Origin: an uncultured Thermoplasmata archaeon | Lineage (GTDB): Archaea > Thermoplasmatota > Thermoplasmata > UBA10834 | NCBI GenBank assembly: GCA_963719945.1 | Contig: CAVRDX010000004.1 | Coordinates: 334,402 to 398,401 of the forward strand | Direction of reading: 5' to 3' | DNA: 64,000 bases | Shown here: positions 28,090 to 36,327 of the stretch, in pieces | Layout of the letters: each line of letters opens with the position of its first letter | Position numbering within the stretch: the first letter of the stretch is position 1 | The notes under the pieces: model-generated | What the model was told of the DNA's origin: nothing | Database searches by the model: none | What the model saw: the letters and a program-made list of their open reading frames with translations, nothing else | Program-made: the position numbers and the translations under genes

Positions 28090-28117
28090 GTCCATTATTT
28101 GATGGACTATATATATA
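28090..28117 (-). promoter_or_regulatory. strong TATA box plus adjacent palindrome upstream of the surface-protein gene
   Basis: TATATATATA at 28108-28117 lies 35-45 nt upstream of ATG 28073. The perfect palindrome GTCCAT-tatttg-ATGGAC (28090-28107) lies between the TATA box and the start. Confidence 0.45.
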
Positions 28118-28262
28118 CGTTTCGTAAAAGAACACCTGACTATATAAGTGCCCCGAGTTCGCCGTAGGTTCCATAAGGCAATTGCAGATGTCGTTTTTGA
28201 CCACGGATTTTGTGCATAGTCACCCGCACGTAGCTGCGCGCACGCGAACTGAAAAGCACTCC

Positions 28263-29525
28263 TCATTCATCGTGATGATGATGGTCGTCCCGCTCTTTGT
28301 GCCCCGCGGTCGACCTCATCTCTTGGAGGTTCTCGGGACTGAACGGTGACATCGCCCTCAGCTTCTTCACGATGCCTGGCACCACCTCGATCACGTAGTC
28401 GATGTCATAATCGGTGTTGCTCCTCCCGAGGGTGAACTGCACTGCGCTCTGCGCCTCCTCGGTCGGTATGTCGCACGCCAGCAGGACGTGCGAAGGCAGG
28501 AGGCTCTTCGATGTACACGGAGAACTCGATGAGACGGATATGCCCATCATGTCAAGGTTGAGCAGCATCGACTCACCTTCGACGTATCTGAACCTGAAGT
28601 TCGCGTTGTTCGGCAGTCTCTTGGTCGGATGTCCGTTGAGGAACACGTCCTGTACATTGTCGCGCATCCCCTTGATCAGTCGGTCCCTTAGTCTCCCTAG
28701 CCTAGCACCTTCTTCCACCATCTCATTCGCTGCCAACTCGGCCGCGGTTCCGAACCCTACTATGCCTGGGACGTTCTCGGAGCCGGACCTCAGACCACGC
28801 TCCTGTCCGCCTCCCTGTCCCACCGCTTCGACTGATACACCGTCCTTCACGTATAACGCTCCCACACCCTTCGGCCCATACATGTCGTTCGAGGAGATCG
28901 TCATGAGATCCACCCCAAGGCCGCGCACGTCTATCGGCACCCTGCCCGCCGCGGCGACGGCGTCCACGTGGAACCTGATATCCTTCCCTCTGATCATGTC
29001 GCCGATCTCGGCTATCGGTTGGATCGTGCCTATCTCGTTGTTCGCGTACATCACGGAGACGAGGATGGTATCATCCCTGATCGAGCCCCTGAGCTGGTCT
29101 ATATCGACGAATCCTTCAGGGGTGGGCGGCACGAAAGTCACTTCGAACCCGTTCTTCTGAAGATACTTCATGATGTTCAGGACTGAGATGTGTTCTATGG
29201 CAGAAGTGATGATGTGCATGCCCTTCTTCTGCATCCTCAACGCGGCGCCTTTGATGCCAAGGTTGCTCGCCTCAGTCCCGCCGGAGGTGAATATGATCTC
29301 TTCACATCTCTTGGCGTTGATGAGTCCTGCGACCTTCCCTCTGGCAGTCTCGACAGCTTTCTTCGGATCCCTACCCGAACTGTGCAAGGACGAGGGATTC
29401 CCGAAATTATCTGAAAAATAGGGCATCATCTCGCTGAGGACCCTCTCGTCCACAGGCGAGGCGGCTGCATAATCCATGTACACCTTCCTCTTCGTCCCGC
29501 TCTTATCGATGGATATCGTGCACAC
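28263..29525 (-). CDS. IscS/NifS-like class V aminotransferase-fold protein lacking the PLP lysine
   Basis: VYMDYAAASP, TSAIEH, FHVDAV and the Cys loop SSSSPCTSKS align with IscS. The IscS motif [10 protein letters not shown] reads SSNDMYGPKG here, with Asp codon GAC at 28886-28884 in place of Lys. His-rich tail KERDDHHHHDE. GTG start. Confidence 0.85.
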   Translation of the reverse strand: MCTISIDKSGTKRKVYMDYAAASPVDERVLSEMMPYFSDNFGNPSSLHSSGRDPKKAVETARGKVAGLINAKRCEEIIFTSGGTEASNLGIKGAALRMQKKGMHIITSAIEHISVLNIMKYLQKNGFEVTFVPPTPEGFVDIDQLRGSIRDDTILVSVMYANNEIGTIQPIAEIGDMIRGKDIRFHVDAVAAAGRVPIDVRGLGVDLMTISSNDMYGPKGVGALYVKDGVSVEAVGQGGGQERGLRSGSENVPGIVGFGTAAELAANEMVEEGARLGRLRDRLIKGMRDNVQDVFLNGHPTKRLPNNANFRFRYVEGESMLLNLDMMGISVSSSSPCTSKSLLPSHVLLACDIPTEEAQSAVQFTLGRSNTDYDIDYVIEVVPGIVKKLRAMSPFSPENLQEMRSTAGHKERDDHHHHDE

Positions 29526-29555
29526 ATCCTCCGAGGTAGAGATTCCGATCGTGAC

Positions 29556-29924
29556 CTAAAAGGTTAGCACCGCATCAGCTTCCAATGCGAGGTCGTTCAG
29601 CGTCGCCGCGCCCACTATCCTCGATGGTTGTTCGAACTCCTCGGGGGCCGCCTTGCTGCCCCACAGCTGCGCGCTCTGCGCACAGATCAGCATCTCCACG
29701 CCAGCATTCGTGGCCTGGTCCATCACTTCCTTTAGGCTCGGGAAGCTCCCCATCTTGATCTTCTGAGGCTCCCCCTTCTTGATCGACAATATTCCTTTCG
29801 CGAGGAAGTACACGGTCGCATCGATGTTCATCGCGCGCGCCGTGGTCGCGAGGACGAACGGCGAGTATAGTCGTTCAGGCGTGTCGGGTCCTGATGTCTG
29901 AACGTACAGAATCTTCTTGCCCAT
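29556..29924 (-). CDS. DsrE/DsrF-family sulfur-relay protein
   Basis: 122 aa: MGKKILYVQTSGPDTPERLYSPFVLATTA...VEMLICAQSAQ. DsrE-like fold pattern with a conserved Cys. The track ORF 29556..30191 is a 5' over-extension. Confidence 0.7.
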   Translation of the reverse strand: MGKKILYVQTSGPDTPERLYSPFVLATTARAMNIDATVYFLAKGILSIKKGEPQKIKMGSFPSLKEVMDQATNAGVEMLICAQSAQLWGSKAAPEEFEQPSRIVGAATLNDLALEADAVLTF

Positions 29925-29952
29925 GACCAAATCCTCCATGAATCTCCGAGGC

Positions 29953-30207
29953 TCACGAAGTCCTCTTGATAAGGAATCTGAAGCCTTCGTCCGTCTTCTC
30001 GACGGATAATAGTTCGTGGCCCGTGTGTTTTGCCCAACTCCGGATATCAGATTCCGAGGCTGGGTCGTCTGCCAAGACCTCCAGGATCTGTCCAACCTGG
30101 ACCTTCGAGATATCCTCTCTGGTCCTGAACACCGGCTCCGGACAGTAAAGACCGATGCAGTCGAGGGTCTTGGTGGGTCGGGGGAATCCATTGCCTCTAC
30201 CAGGCAT
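29953..30207 (-). CDS. tusA: TusA/SirA-family sulfurtransferase
   Basis: TLDCIGLYCPEPVFRTRE carries the CPxP active-site motif. 84 aa. Confidence 0.85.
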   Translation of the reverse strand: MPGRGNGFPRPTKTLDCIGLYCPEPVFRTREDISKVQVGQILEVLADDPASESDIRSWAKHTGHELLSVEKTDEGFRFLIKRTS

Positions 30208-30322
30208 AATTGTCCTCGAGTCGCCTCGGCAGACGACGTCCGTTTTAGTAACGGCGTTTAGGGATGGCCTTCTGTGTTGATAAGGGTTTTCCCATCCTAG
30301 TGTGGTGTTGGAGCCCTGCTCG

Positions 30323-30340
30323 TCTGATCAGACTAGTCTG
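30323..30340. repeat. overlapping palindromes at the stop of the LarC-like gene
   Basis: TCTGATCAGA (30323-30332) and CAGACTAGTCTG (30329-40) are both perfect. Confidence 0.5.
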
Positions 30341-31056
30341 AGGGTGGTCCTTCCCAGCCTGCCCGCGAACCTCTTCGTTCCGAAGCCGATGCTCTTCCTC
30401 AAAGGATTCTCGGGCACATCGTCCGTCTGCCCGTTCATCAATGCGGAGATGGCCGCGACGCCCGTCGGGGTCGCCCTCTCTCCCGGACAATCTCCCGGCA
30501 CGTGGTCCAATGCCTTCAGCAGATGGGTCGTGGCAGGTGCTGGAAGCCTCATGGTGCCGTGTCCAGTCACCACGATCCCTCTTCCCGTCGTCACTGTGGA
30601 GGCCACGAACCCTCCTGGGAATTCCTTCTCCAGCAGGGTTGCGACGGCTCCGATCCCAGCTATGTTCATCATGGCCTGCGGTCTGCCTATCTCGTGCAGA
30701 TGAACCTCTTCAGGAGGGACGCCGTGTGCCGCGGCTTCGGCCTCGAAGATCCTGTCGAGGATGGCATGCGACGACTCTCTCCCGGAGCCCAGGCGAGCTG
30801 TTATGTCATCAATACATCTGTAGGCATCGAGGTATTCGGTCGTGCCTTCGCTCTGCATCTTCTGAACATATGAGATGCCTATGCCCTTGTCTCCAGAATC
30901 CTCGACGTCGATGATGTGCATCGACAAACCCATCTCATCGGCTGCTGAGACAAGCTTTCGGATCGCGTCCTCTTTCACCGCTTCGGGCAGAAGATCGATC
31001 ATCGCTGCGAGCAGCATGTCGGCGGATATGCCCTCTCGCGCATCTATGTGAATCAC
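30328..31056 (-). CDS. LarC-family (DUF111) protein, N-terminal domain only
   Basis: MIHIDAREGISADMLLAAMIDLL, VHLHEIGRPQAMMNIAG, ERATPTGVAAISAL and IGFGTKRFAGRLGRTTLRLV match the N-terminal (LarC1-like) half of Ni-pincer cofactor nickel-insertion proteins. The ORF stops where the C-terminal domain would begin. Confidence 0.65.
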   Translation of the reverse strand: MIHIDAREGISADMLLAAMIDLLPEAVKEDAIRKLVSAADEMGLSMHIIDVEDSGDKGIGISYVQKMQSEGTTEYLDAYRCIDDITARLGSGRESSHAILDRIFEAEAAAHGVPPEEVHLHEIGRPQAMMNIAGIGAVATLLEKEFPGGFVASTVTTGRGIVVTGHGTMRLPAPATTHLLKALDHVPGDCPGERATPTGVAAISALMNGQTDDVPENPLRKSIGFGTKRFAGRLGRTTLRLV

Positions 31057-31126
31057 GGATATCTTGAATGCGAATGTCCGAGATAATCGTTCTGTAGCCT
31101 CAGAAGTGGATGGAACCGGTCGACCA

Positions 31127-31996
31127 TCACTTGGCCTTGACCTTCCTGGTCTTGAGTTTCCGCTGCTTCGGTTTCTCGGCCGGAGCCGTCTCAGGCTCCT
31201 TCTTCTCGACTTCTTCTTCCTTCTCCGGAGGCTCCTCTTGACGAAGCTCTTCGACTGGTTCAGGTTCCTGAGGTACGATCACCGGCTGGTCTACCTCCTG
31301 GGCAGGTTCCACCGGCTCAGGTACGGCCACGGGTTCGATGATCTCCGCCGGTGGCTCGGGCCGTGGTTCTTCCACCGCTTCGGCCCTCGTCTCCTCCTCT
31401 ATCTGCGGAACAACGACCTCTTCCTCGGTCGCCACCTCGACGACCTCAGGCTCGAGATCCGATGGTACCTCGGCTTCATGGATGATAGTCTCAGCGACGA
31501 TCTCTTCGGGGCCGGTCTCTTCCGCAATTTGCCCGATGGATGCGAAGTCAGAGCCGCACTCATCGCATTTTAGAGCCTCTGCTGCGACCAAGGCCGCGCA
31601 GATCGGACATTGGTAGCTCACGTTATCATCGAATGTCGCGCCGCACTTCGGACATCGTGCTTCCGTCCCGTCGAGCATCCACGAGCAACTGGGGCAGCTG
31701 AGCTTCTTGTCCTCCTCCCTGACCTGCTGCGATTCGATTGCGATTATCTCGGTCAGCAAGATGTCTATGCTCTCGTCCGTGTTCCTGCTATCCGACTTCG
31801 AATAGAACTCTCTATAGGCGACATGACACGATGGACAACTCACGGATGTCGGGTCCACATGCTCTCCGCAGAACGGGCACTCGAAAAGCGTGTTCTTGCC
31901 ATATCTGACGCTGCACCTCGGGCACGCCTCCTCGCGACCTGTCACTCTGAAGCCGCATGTAGGGCAGCCAAACAGTTTCTTCCCGTCAATAGCCAT
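31127..31996 (-). CDS. four-zinc-ribbon protein with acidic Pro/Glu-rich linker and basic tail
   Basis: Four CxxC..CxxC pairs: CPTC/CPRC, CPFC/CPSC, CPSC/CPKC, CPIC/CDEC. Then about 110 aa of E/P/V-rich sequence, ending KPKQRKLKTRKVKAK. Confidence 0.7.
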   Translation of the reverse strand: MAIDGKKLFGCPTCGFRVTGREEACPRCSVRYGKNTLFECPFCGEHVDPTSVSCPSCHVAYREFYSKSDSRNTDESIDILLTEIIAIESQQVREEDKKLSCPSCSWMLDGTEARCPKCGATFDDNVSYQCPICAALVAAEALKCDECGSDFASIGQIAEETGPEEIVAETIIHEAEVPSDLEPEVVEVATEEEVVVPQIEEETRAEAVEEPRPEPPAEIIEPVAVPEPVEPAQEVDQPVIVPQEPEPVEELRQEEPPEKEEEVEKKEPETAPAEKPKQRKLKTRKVKAK

Positions 31997-32204
31997 CGAT
32001 TCTAACCTAGACTTCTGATGGCTCTGCCCTGCCTAAACATTTTCGGTAGTCTCGGGTCGAAAAGTCCACCTAGGTCAAGTGAGCACGATGTGCAGCAAGT
32101 GATATATCATTCACAGTCCATAACGCACTGGTACCGACACGTTGCAGGTGGGTTGGTTCGCGCCCGCAACTCTGAACGAGAGATTGACTTGTGAGGTGTC
32201 TTCC

Positions 32205-32931
32205 ATGGGTTCTGGACGGTCATGTCGGAGACTATCGCTTCTTATCATGGCAGTGGCACTGTCCTCGATGTTCGTCTTCGTCTCGGTCCTTCCTGGTCGT
32301 TCGGACGATGTCAAGCGAATGGTCACGCTCGATGAACCACCAGACCCAGTAGCGATAATCGATCCATTGAACGATGTTGTATCGATCGGCAGCTGGGGGG
32401 TTTTGAACAGCTCGCAATCGTATGACCCGGGTGGCGGCATCATCACGAACAGGACCTGGATGGTCACATACAACAACACTCATGAATTCAACTACTCATG
32501 GTACTTCCAGTACAAGTTCAGGGAACTGGGTCTTTACAAGATACAGCTGACGGTTACCAACGCATTGGGGCACACAGGCACCAATTTCACAGCAGTGATA
32601 TCGGTCATCGATTACGACCATGACGAGCTCCCGGACTGGTGGGAGAATGCATATTTCGGCGACATCGCGCAGAATGCCAGCGATAATCCGGATGGGGACA
32701 GTTACGACAATTTCCATGAGTACATAGTCCGACACCAACCCTTTGGTGTTTGACGAAGCCATCCCTCCCAGCTTCTTCGAGAAGTACTGGTCATACATCG
32801 CAGGTTCCGCGGCTGCGGCCCTGGCTGCATTCGCCATTCTCTACCCACGATACCGTAGGAAGATGAAGGATACGGAGCGCAAGAAGATGGAATATGCGAT
32901 CGAGATCGAGAAGTCCCTGGACGAGGAGTGA
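32205..32931 (+). pseudogene. PKD-domain / TSP3-repeat surface protein with C-terminal TM anchor, split by a +1 frame change near 32727
   Basis: Signal-like MGSGRSCRRLSLLIMAVALS. PKD-like YKIQLTVTNALGHTGTNFTAVISV. DNPDGDSYDNFHEYIV then a stop in frame 1. The next frame opens right after TAG 32725-27 and reads SDTNPLVFDEAIPPSFFEKYWSYIAGSAAAALAAFAILYPRYRRKMK, continuing the EYxxxTNPL repeat into a TM anchor. Confidence 0.6.
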
Positions 32932-32939
32932 ACCATCCG

Positions 32940-33734
32940 TCAGATCGTGAATGCGATCACTATCGATCCGAGGATCGCACAGTACGCTCCAAAGATCCAC
33001 AGCCTTCCAGACTTGACCGCTTTTAGAAGGAACCCGATGGATGCGAGCCCGGTCAGGAAGGCGGACACGGCGCCGATCGACATGATGATCACATCAGAAT
33101 CGTAGCTGTCCAGGTTGACCATCCCGTATGCGAACGCTGCCACGAGCGCTGGTACGGACAGCAGGAACGCGAATGTCGCTGCGACCTCCCGCTCCACTCC
33201 TGTGAAGAGCCCTCCGGATATGGTCGATCCACTCCTGGATATGCCCGGAACTATCGCGACCGCCTGAAATATGCCTGCGACCATGGCCTCGACGAACCCG
33301 ACGCTCTTCTTCACATTCTTCGTTCCTGACCTCTCCGCGAGTACCAGGATGGATGCGTTGATGAGTAATGCGACTCCGACTAGCTGCAGTGTGAAGATCT
33401 CCTCCACGACATCGGTGAGCAGTATTCCTGTGATCCCCACGGGAATCGTGGCGATGAGTATGAGGTATCCGAGCTTGCGGAGCTGATCGTCGTTCTTGTT
33501 CCGCACTTCCTTGCTCATGAACATCGCCGAGAAGATCTTGAGTATCTCTCTTCGGAAATACACGCACACCGCAGCGAGAGTACCTGCGTGGACGAACAGG
33601 TCGAATAACAGGTTCTCCTCAGCCGACATGCCGAGCAGCTCCTGTGCTATGACCAGGTGGCCCGAGCTTGATACAGGTAGCCATTCGGTGATTCCCTGGA
33701 TGATGCCGAGCAGCAGTGCGTGGATCAGGTCCAT
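32940..33734 (-). CDS. uppP: undecaprenyl/polyprenyl-diphosphate phosphatase
   Basis: GITEWLPVSSSGHLV is the BacA/UppP signature. Eight TM helices. Confidence 0.92.
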   Translation of the reverse strand: MDLIHALLLGIIQGITEWLPVSSSGHLVIAQELLGMSAEENLLFDLFVHAGTLAAVCVYFRREILKIFSAMFMSKEVRNKNDDQLRKLGYLILIATIPVGITGILLTDVVEEIFTLQLVGVALLINASILVLAERSGTKNVKKSVGFVEAMVAGIFQAVAIVPGISRSGSTISGGLFTGVEREVAATFAFLLSVPALVAAFAYGMVNLDSYDSDVIIMSIGAVSAFLTGLASIGFLLKAVKSGRLWIFGAYCAILGSIVIAFTI

Positions 33735-33922
33735 TACGTGGTCAAAAGAGATTCTCCCTATTCAAGCTTCTCCAAACCTGACGGATATATCAAACTAGAT
33801 AACAGAGGGAAAACGTATTTATCGCTAGGAATGGCTTGGATGCCCTTGGAATCGATCAGTTGAATCTCCTTGCTCTCGGCAGCTAGATAGTCTGTCGTTG
33901 CAGGAATCTCAGGGTAGTTTGT

Positions 33923-36103
33923 ATGAGGATGACCATTTCGATATGCGTGTTGTTGGTTCTGGCGATAATGCTCGTCGGGCCTTCGCAACCAGTCCAATCT
34001 GGGTCACACATGCAATCTGTCTCCTCAACTGCATCCATATCCGTACTCCCCGGGTCGACGGACCTCATAGTCGAGGTTATCGGGTCGGATGTGTTCGACG
34101 AAGTCTCAGCCATCGTGACCGGCACGGGGTCTATCATCACATTCTCGAGCAGGGATACTGGGATATTGTCGTTCACAGCTGCCGAGGACGCTGAATCGGT
34201 CGCCGAGACCCTCTCGCTCATTCCAGGAGTAGTGAGTGTATCTTCTGAGATGAGGGCGAGCACATCGTTCGTACCTAACGATTCTGGATTGGAATACCAA
34301 TGGGGCCTTGACACGATTGATGCATACGAGGCCTGGGACATCACTCTGGGCACTGAGGATACGATCATCGCAGTCCTGGACACCGGCATAGACTGGAACC
34401 ATCCGGACCTGACTGCGAATATCTGGACCAATGCTCAGGGCTATCATGGTTACAATTTCATCGACGACAACTGGTTCCCGATGGATGACAACATAAACGG
34501 CTATGATGAAAATGGGGACTATTTATCGAACATCTACACATATCACGGCACGCACGTGGCAGGCATCATGGGTGCCACCATCGACAACGCGCTCGGCATC
34601 GCAGGCATCGCTCAGGTCAAACTGATGGCCGTCAAGGTCATGAACGATTCCGGCGAAGGCACCGATTCGACCGTCTCGAGCGGAGTGAGGTGGGCGGTAG
34701 ACAACGGCGCTCATGTGATCGTGATGAGTCTGGGGTTGGATGGGCTGTCCACGCCGCTGCAGAACGCGGTCAACTACGCTACCAGCCGAGGCGTGGTCCT
34801 TGTGGCGTCCGCAGGCAACAGCGGCACTAGCGTGCTGAGTTATCCCGCGGCTTTCCCCAACGTCATCGCGGTGGGGGCTTCGGACAACCTCGATAGACGA
34901 GCGTCTTTCAGCAATTTCGGTCTGAACCTGGACATCATGGCACCAGGTGTGGGCATATACTCCACGCAAGGTGGAGGCAGCTACCAGTCGCTTTCAGGGA
35001 CGTCCGCTGCCGCTCCTCATGTGGCTGCTGTCGCAGCCTTGATGCTCACATTGAATCCCGCGCTCACCACGACCGAGGTCGGCGACATCATCAACTCGAC
35101 TGCCACGGACATTTCGAGGGTCGGGTATGACACATCGACCGGCTGGGGCATAGTCAACGCGTTCCGCGCCGTCGAATCCGTCGCGGATCCAACGGTCACT
35201 ATAACCGAGTTTCCTGAGCAGGTGGACCTGAACGCGACAATATCCGTCTCATGGATGGTCAGCGGCGGAGACCCAGGTGACATTGAATCGACATATCTCA
35301 CATGGGGCTATTCTGAGACCGAACTCGTCTATCAATCCGACATATTCTCTGGCACGACGTGGGCTGAATTCTCGGTGACTAACATACCATCTCTACCGAC
35401 AAATGGCACGGTCTATCTGAAGGCCTACGCGGTCGTCGACGGGTTAGAATGCGAATCCGATATCGAGATGGTTTCTGTGACGGAATCCATAGCAGACAAC
35501 CTCTTCATGCAGTTCTTCAAGGACATCCAGAACTTCATATTCAACGACCTTGGCCTCATCAACTTCCTTCTCCTGATGTGCGTGCTCATAGCGATTCCAG
35601 TCATCGTGGTCGCGGCAAGACCGAAGAAGCGCAAGGTACAGGCCCAGACCATTGCGACGGCTCCAGCGCCCGGCAAGCTGGACCATTACCAGCCCGTGAC
35701 TGGTGTGCATCACTTGCCGCCCCCACCACCGCCACCGCCTCGTTTCGAGGCATATGTGGACATCGTGGGCAACAACATCGTGCCCGAAGTGGTCAAGGTG
35801 GTCGAGGGGACGAAGGTCATATGGGTGAACCGTACATGGGCAGCTCCTCCAGGAGTGGGCATCAGATCCGGCGGATTCGATTCCTCTGGCGAGCATCCGG
35901 ACGGACTGTTCCAGAGCGGTCTGCTCATCGCGCCGGGGGATTACTGGAGCTGCACGTTCCACAGGTCCGGGGTGTACCAGTATTACCTGACCGCTGTTTG
36001 GGGCAAGGCGAAGATAGTCGTCGAACCGTACAAGAGCAGCAACAGTCAATCATCGAAGAGCGGGGAGCCAGCGACACATACGAAATCTCCTGTGAGCCGA
36101 TGA
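33923..36103 (+). CDS. subtilisin-like (S8) serine protease - TM helix - poly-Pro - cupredoxin-like C-terminal domain
   Basis: Catalytic triad contexts AVLDTGIDWNHPDL, YHGTHVAGIMG and LSGTSAAAPHVAA. Signal peptide. TM helix FLLLMCVLIAIPVIVVAARPKKRK. PPPPPPPP run. The tail (EVVKVVEGTKVIWVN...GDYWSCTFHRSGVYQYYLTAVWGKAKIVVEP) follows the cupredoxin strand pattern. Confidence 0.88.
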   Translation: MRMTISICVLLVLAIMLVGPSQPVQSGSHMQSVSSTASISVLPGSTDLIVEVIGSDVFDEVSAIVTGTGSIITFSSRDTGILSFTAAEDAESVAETLSLIPGVVSVSSEMRASTSFVPNDSGLEYQWGLDTIDAYEAWDITLGTEDTIIAVLDTGIDWNHPDLTANIWTNAQGYHGYNFIDDNWFPMDDNINGYDENGDYLSNIYTYHGTHVAGIMGATIDNALGIAGIAQVKLMAVKVMNDSGEGTDSTVSSGVRWAVDNGAHVIVMSLGLDGLSTPLQNAVNYATSRGVVLVASAGNSGTSVLSYPAAFPNVIAVGASDNLDRRASFSNFGLNLDIMAPGVGIYSTQGGGSYQSLSGTSAAAPHVAAVAALMLTLNPALTTTEVGDIINSTATDISRVGYDTSTGWGIVNAFRAVESVADPTVTITEFPEQVDLNATISVSWMVSGGDPGDIESTYLTWGYSETELVYQSDIFSGTTWAEFSVTNIPSLPTNGTVYLKAYAVVDGLECESDIEMVSVTESIADNLFMQFFKDIQNFIFNDLGLINFLLLMCVLIAIPVIVVAARPKKRKVQAQTIATAPAPGKLDHYQPVTGVHHLPPPPPPPPRFEAYVDIVGNNIVPEVVKVVEGTKVIWVNRTWAAPPGVGIRSGGFDSSGEHPDGLFQSGLLIAPGDYWSCTFHRSGVYQYYLTAVWGKAKIVVEPYKSSNSQSSKSGEPATHTKSPVSR

Positions 36104-36140
36104 GTCCGCCCGTGATTTATCGAGTTCAGAATTCAGAAGT

Positions 36141-36158
36141 GTTTTGTTTTCGGGTTTT
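36141..36158 (+). terminator. oligo-T tract cluster downstream of the S8 protease gene
   Basis: GTTTTGTTTTCGGGTTTT lies 38 nt after stop 36103. Archaeal termination typically occurs at T runs. Confidence 0.4.
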
Positions 36159-36327
36159 GGGGGAGTTTGGGGAAGCGAGTCCGGCCAGACAGAGGAACGA
36201 GGGTTCCTGACACGCGTTCGGACCACCACGAGGGCGTTCACACCCTTCGCCAGCGCGTCTCGCTGCGGTCACTCCAGCGCGTCGATCTTCCTCTTCTTTG
36301 TTTGGTTGCGGACCCGACTTCATTTGC

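Noticed and set aside
30208-30327. A search for a LarC C-terminal (CTP-binding) domain in the alternative frames downstream of the LarC-like stop, by analogy with larC1/larC2.
   Set aside because: All three frames of the 120-nt spacer are short and unlike LarC2. The next gene is TusA.
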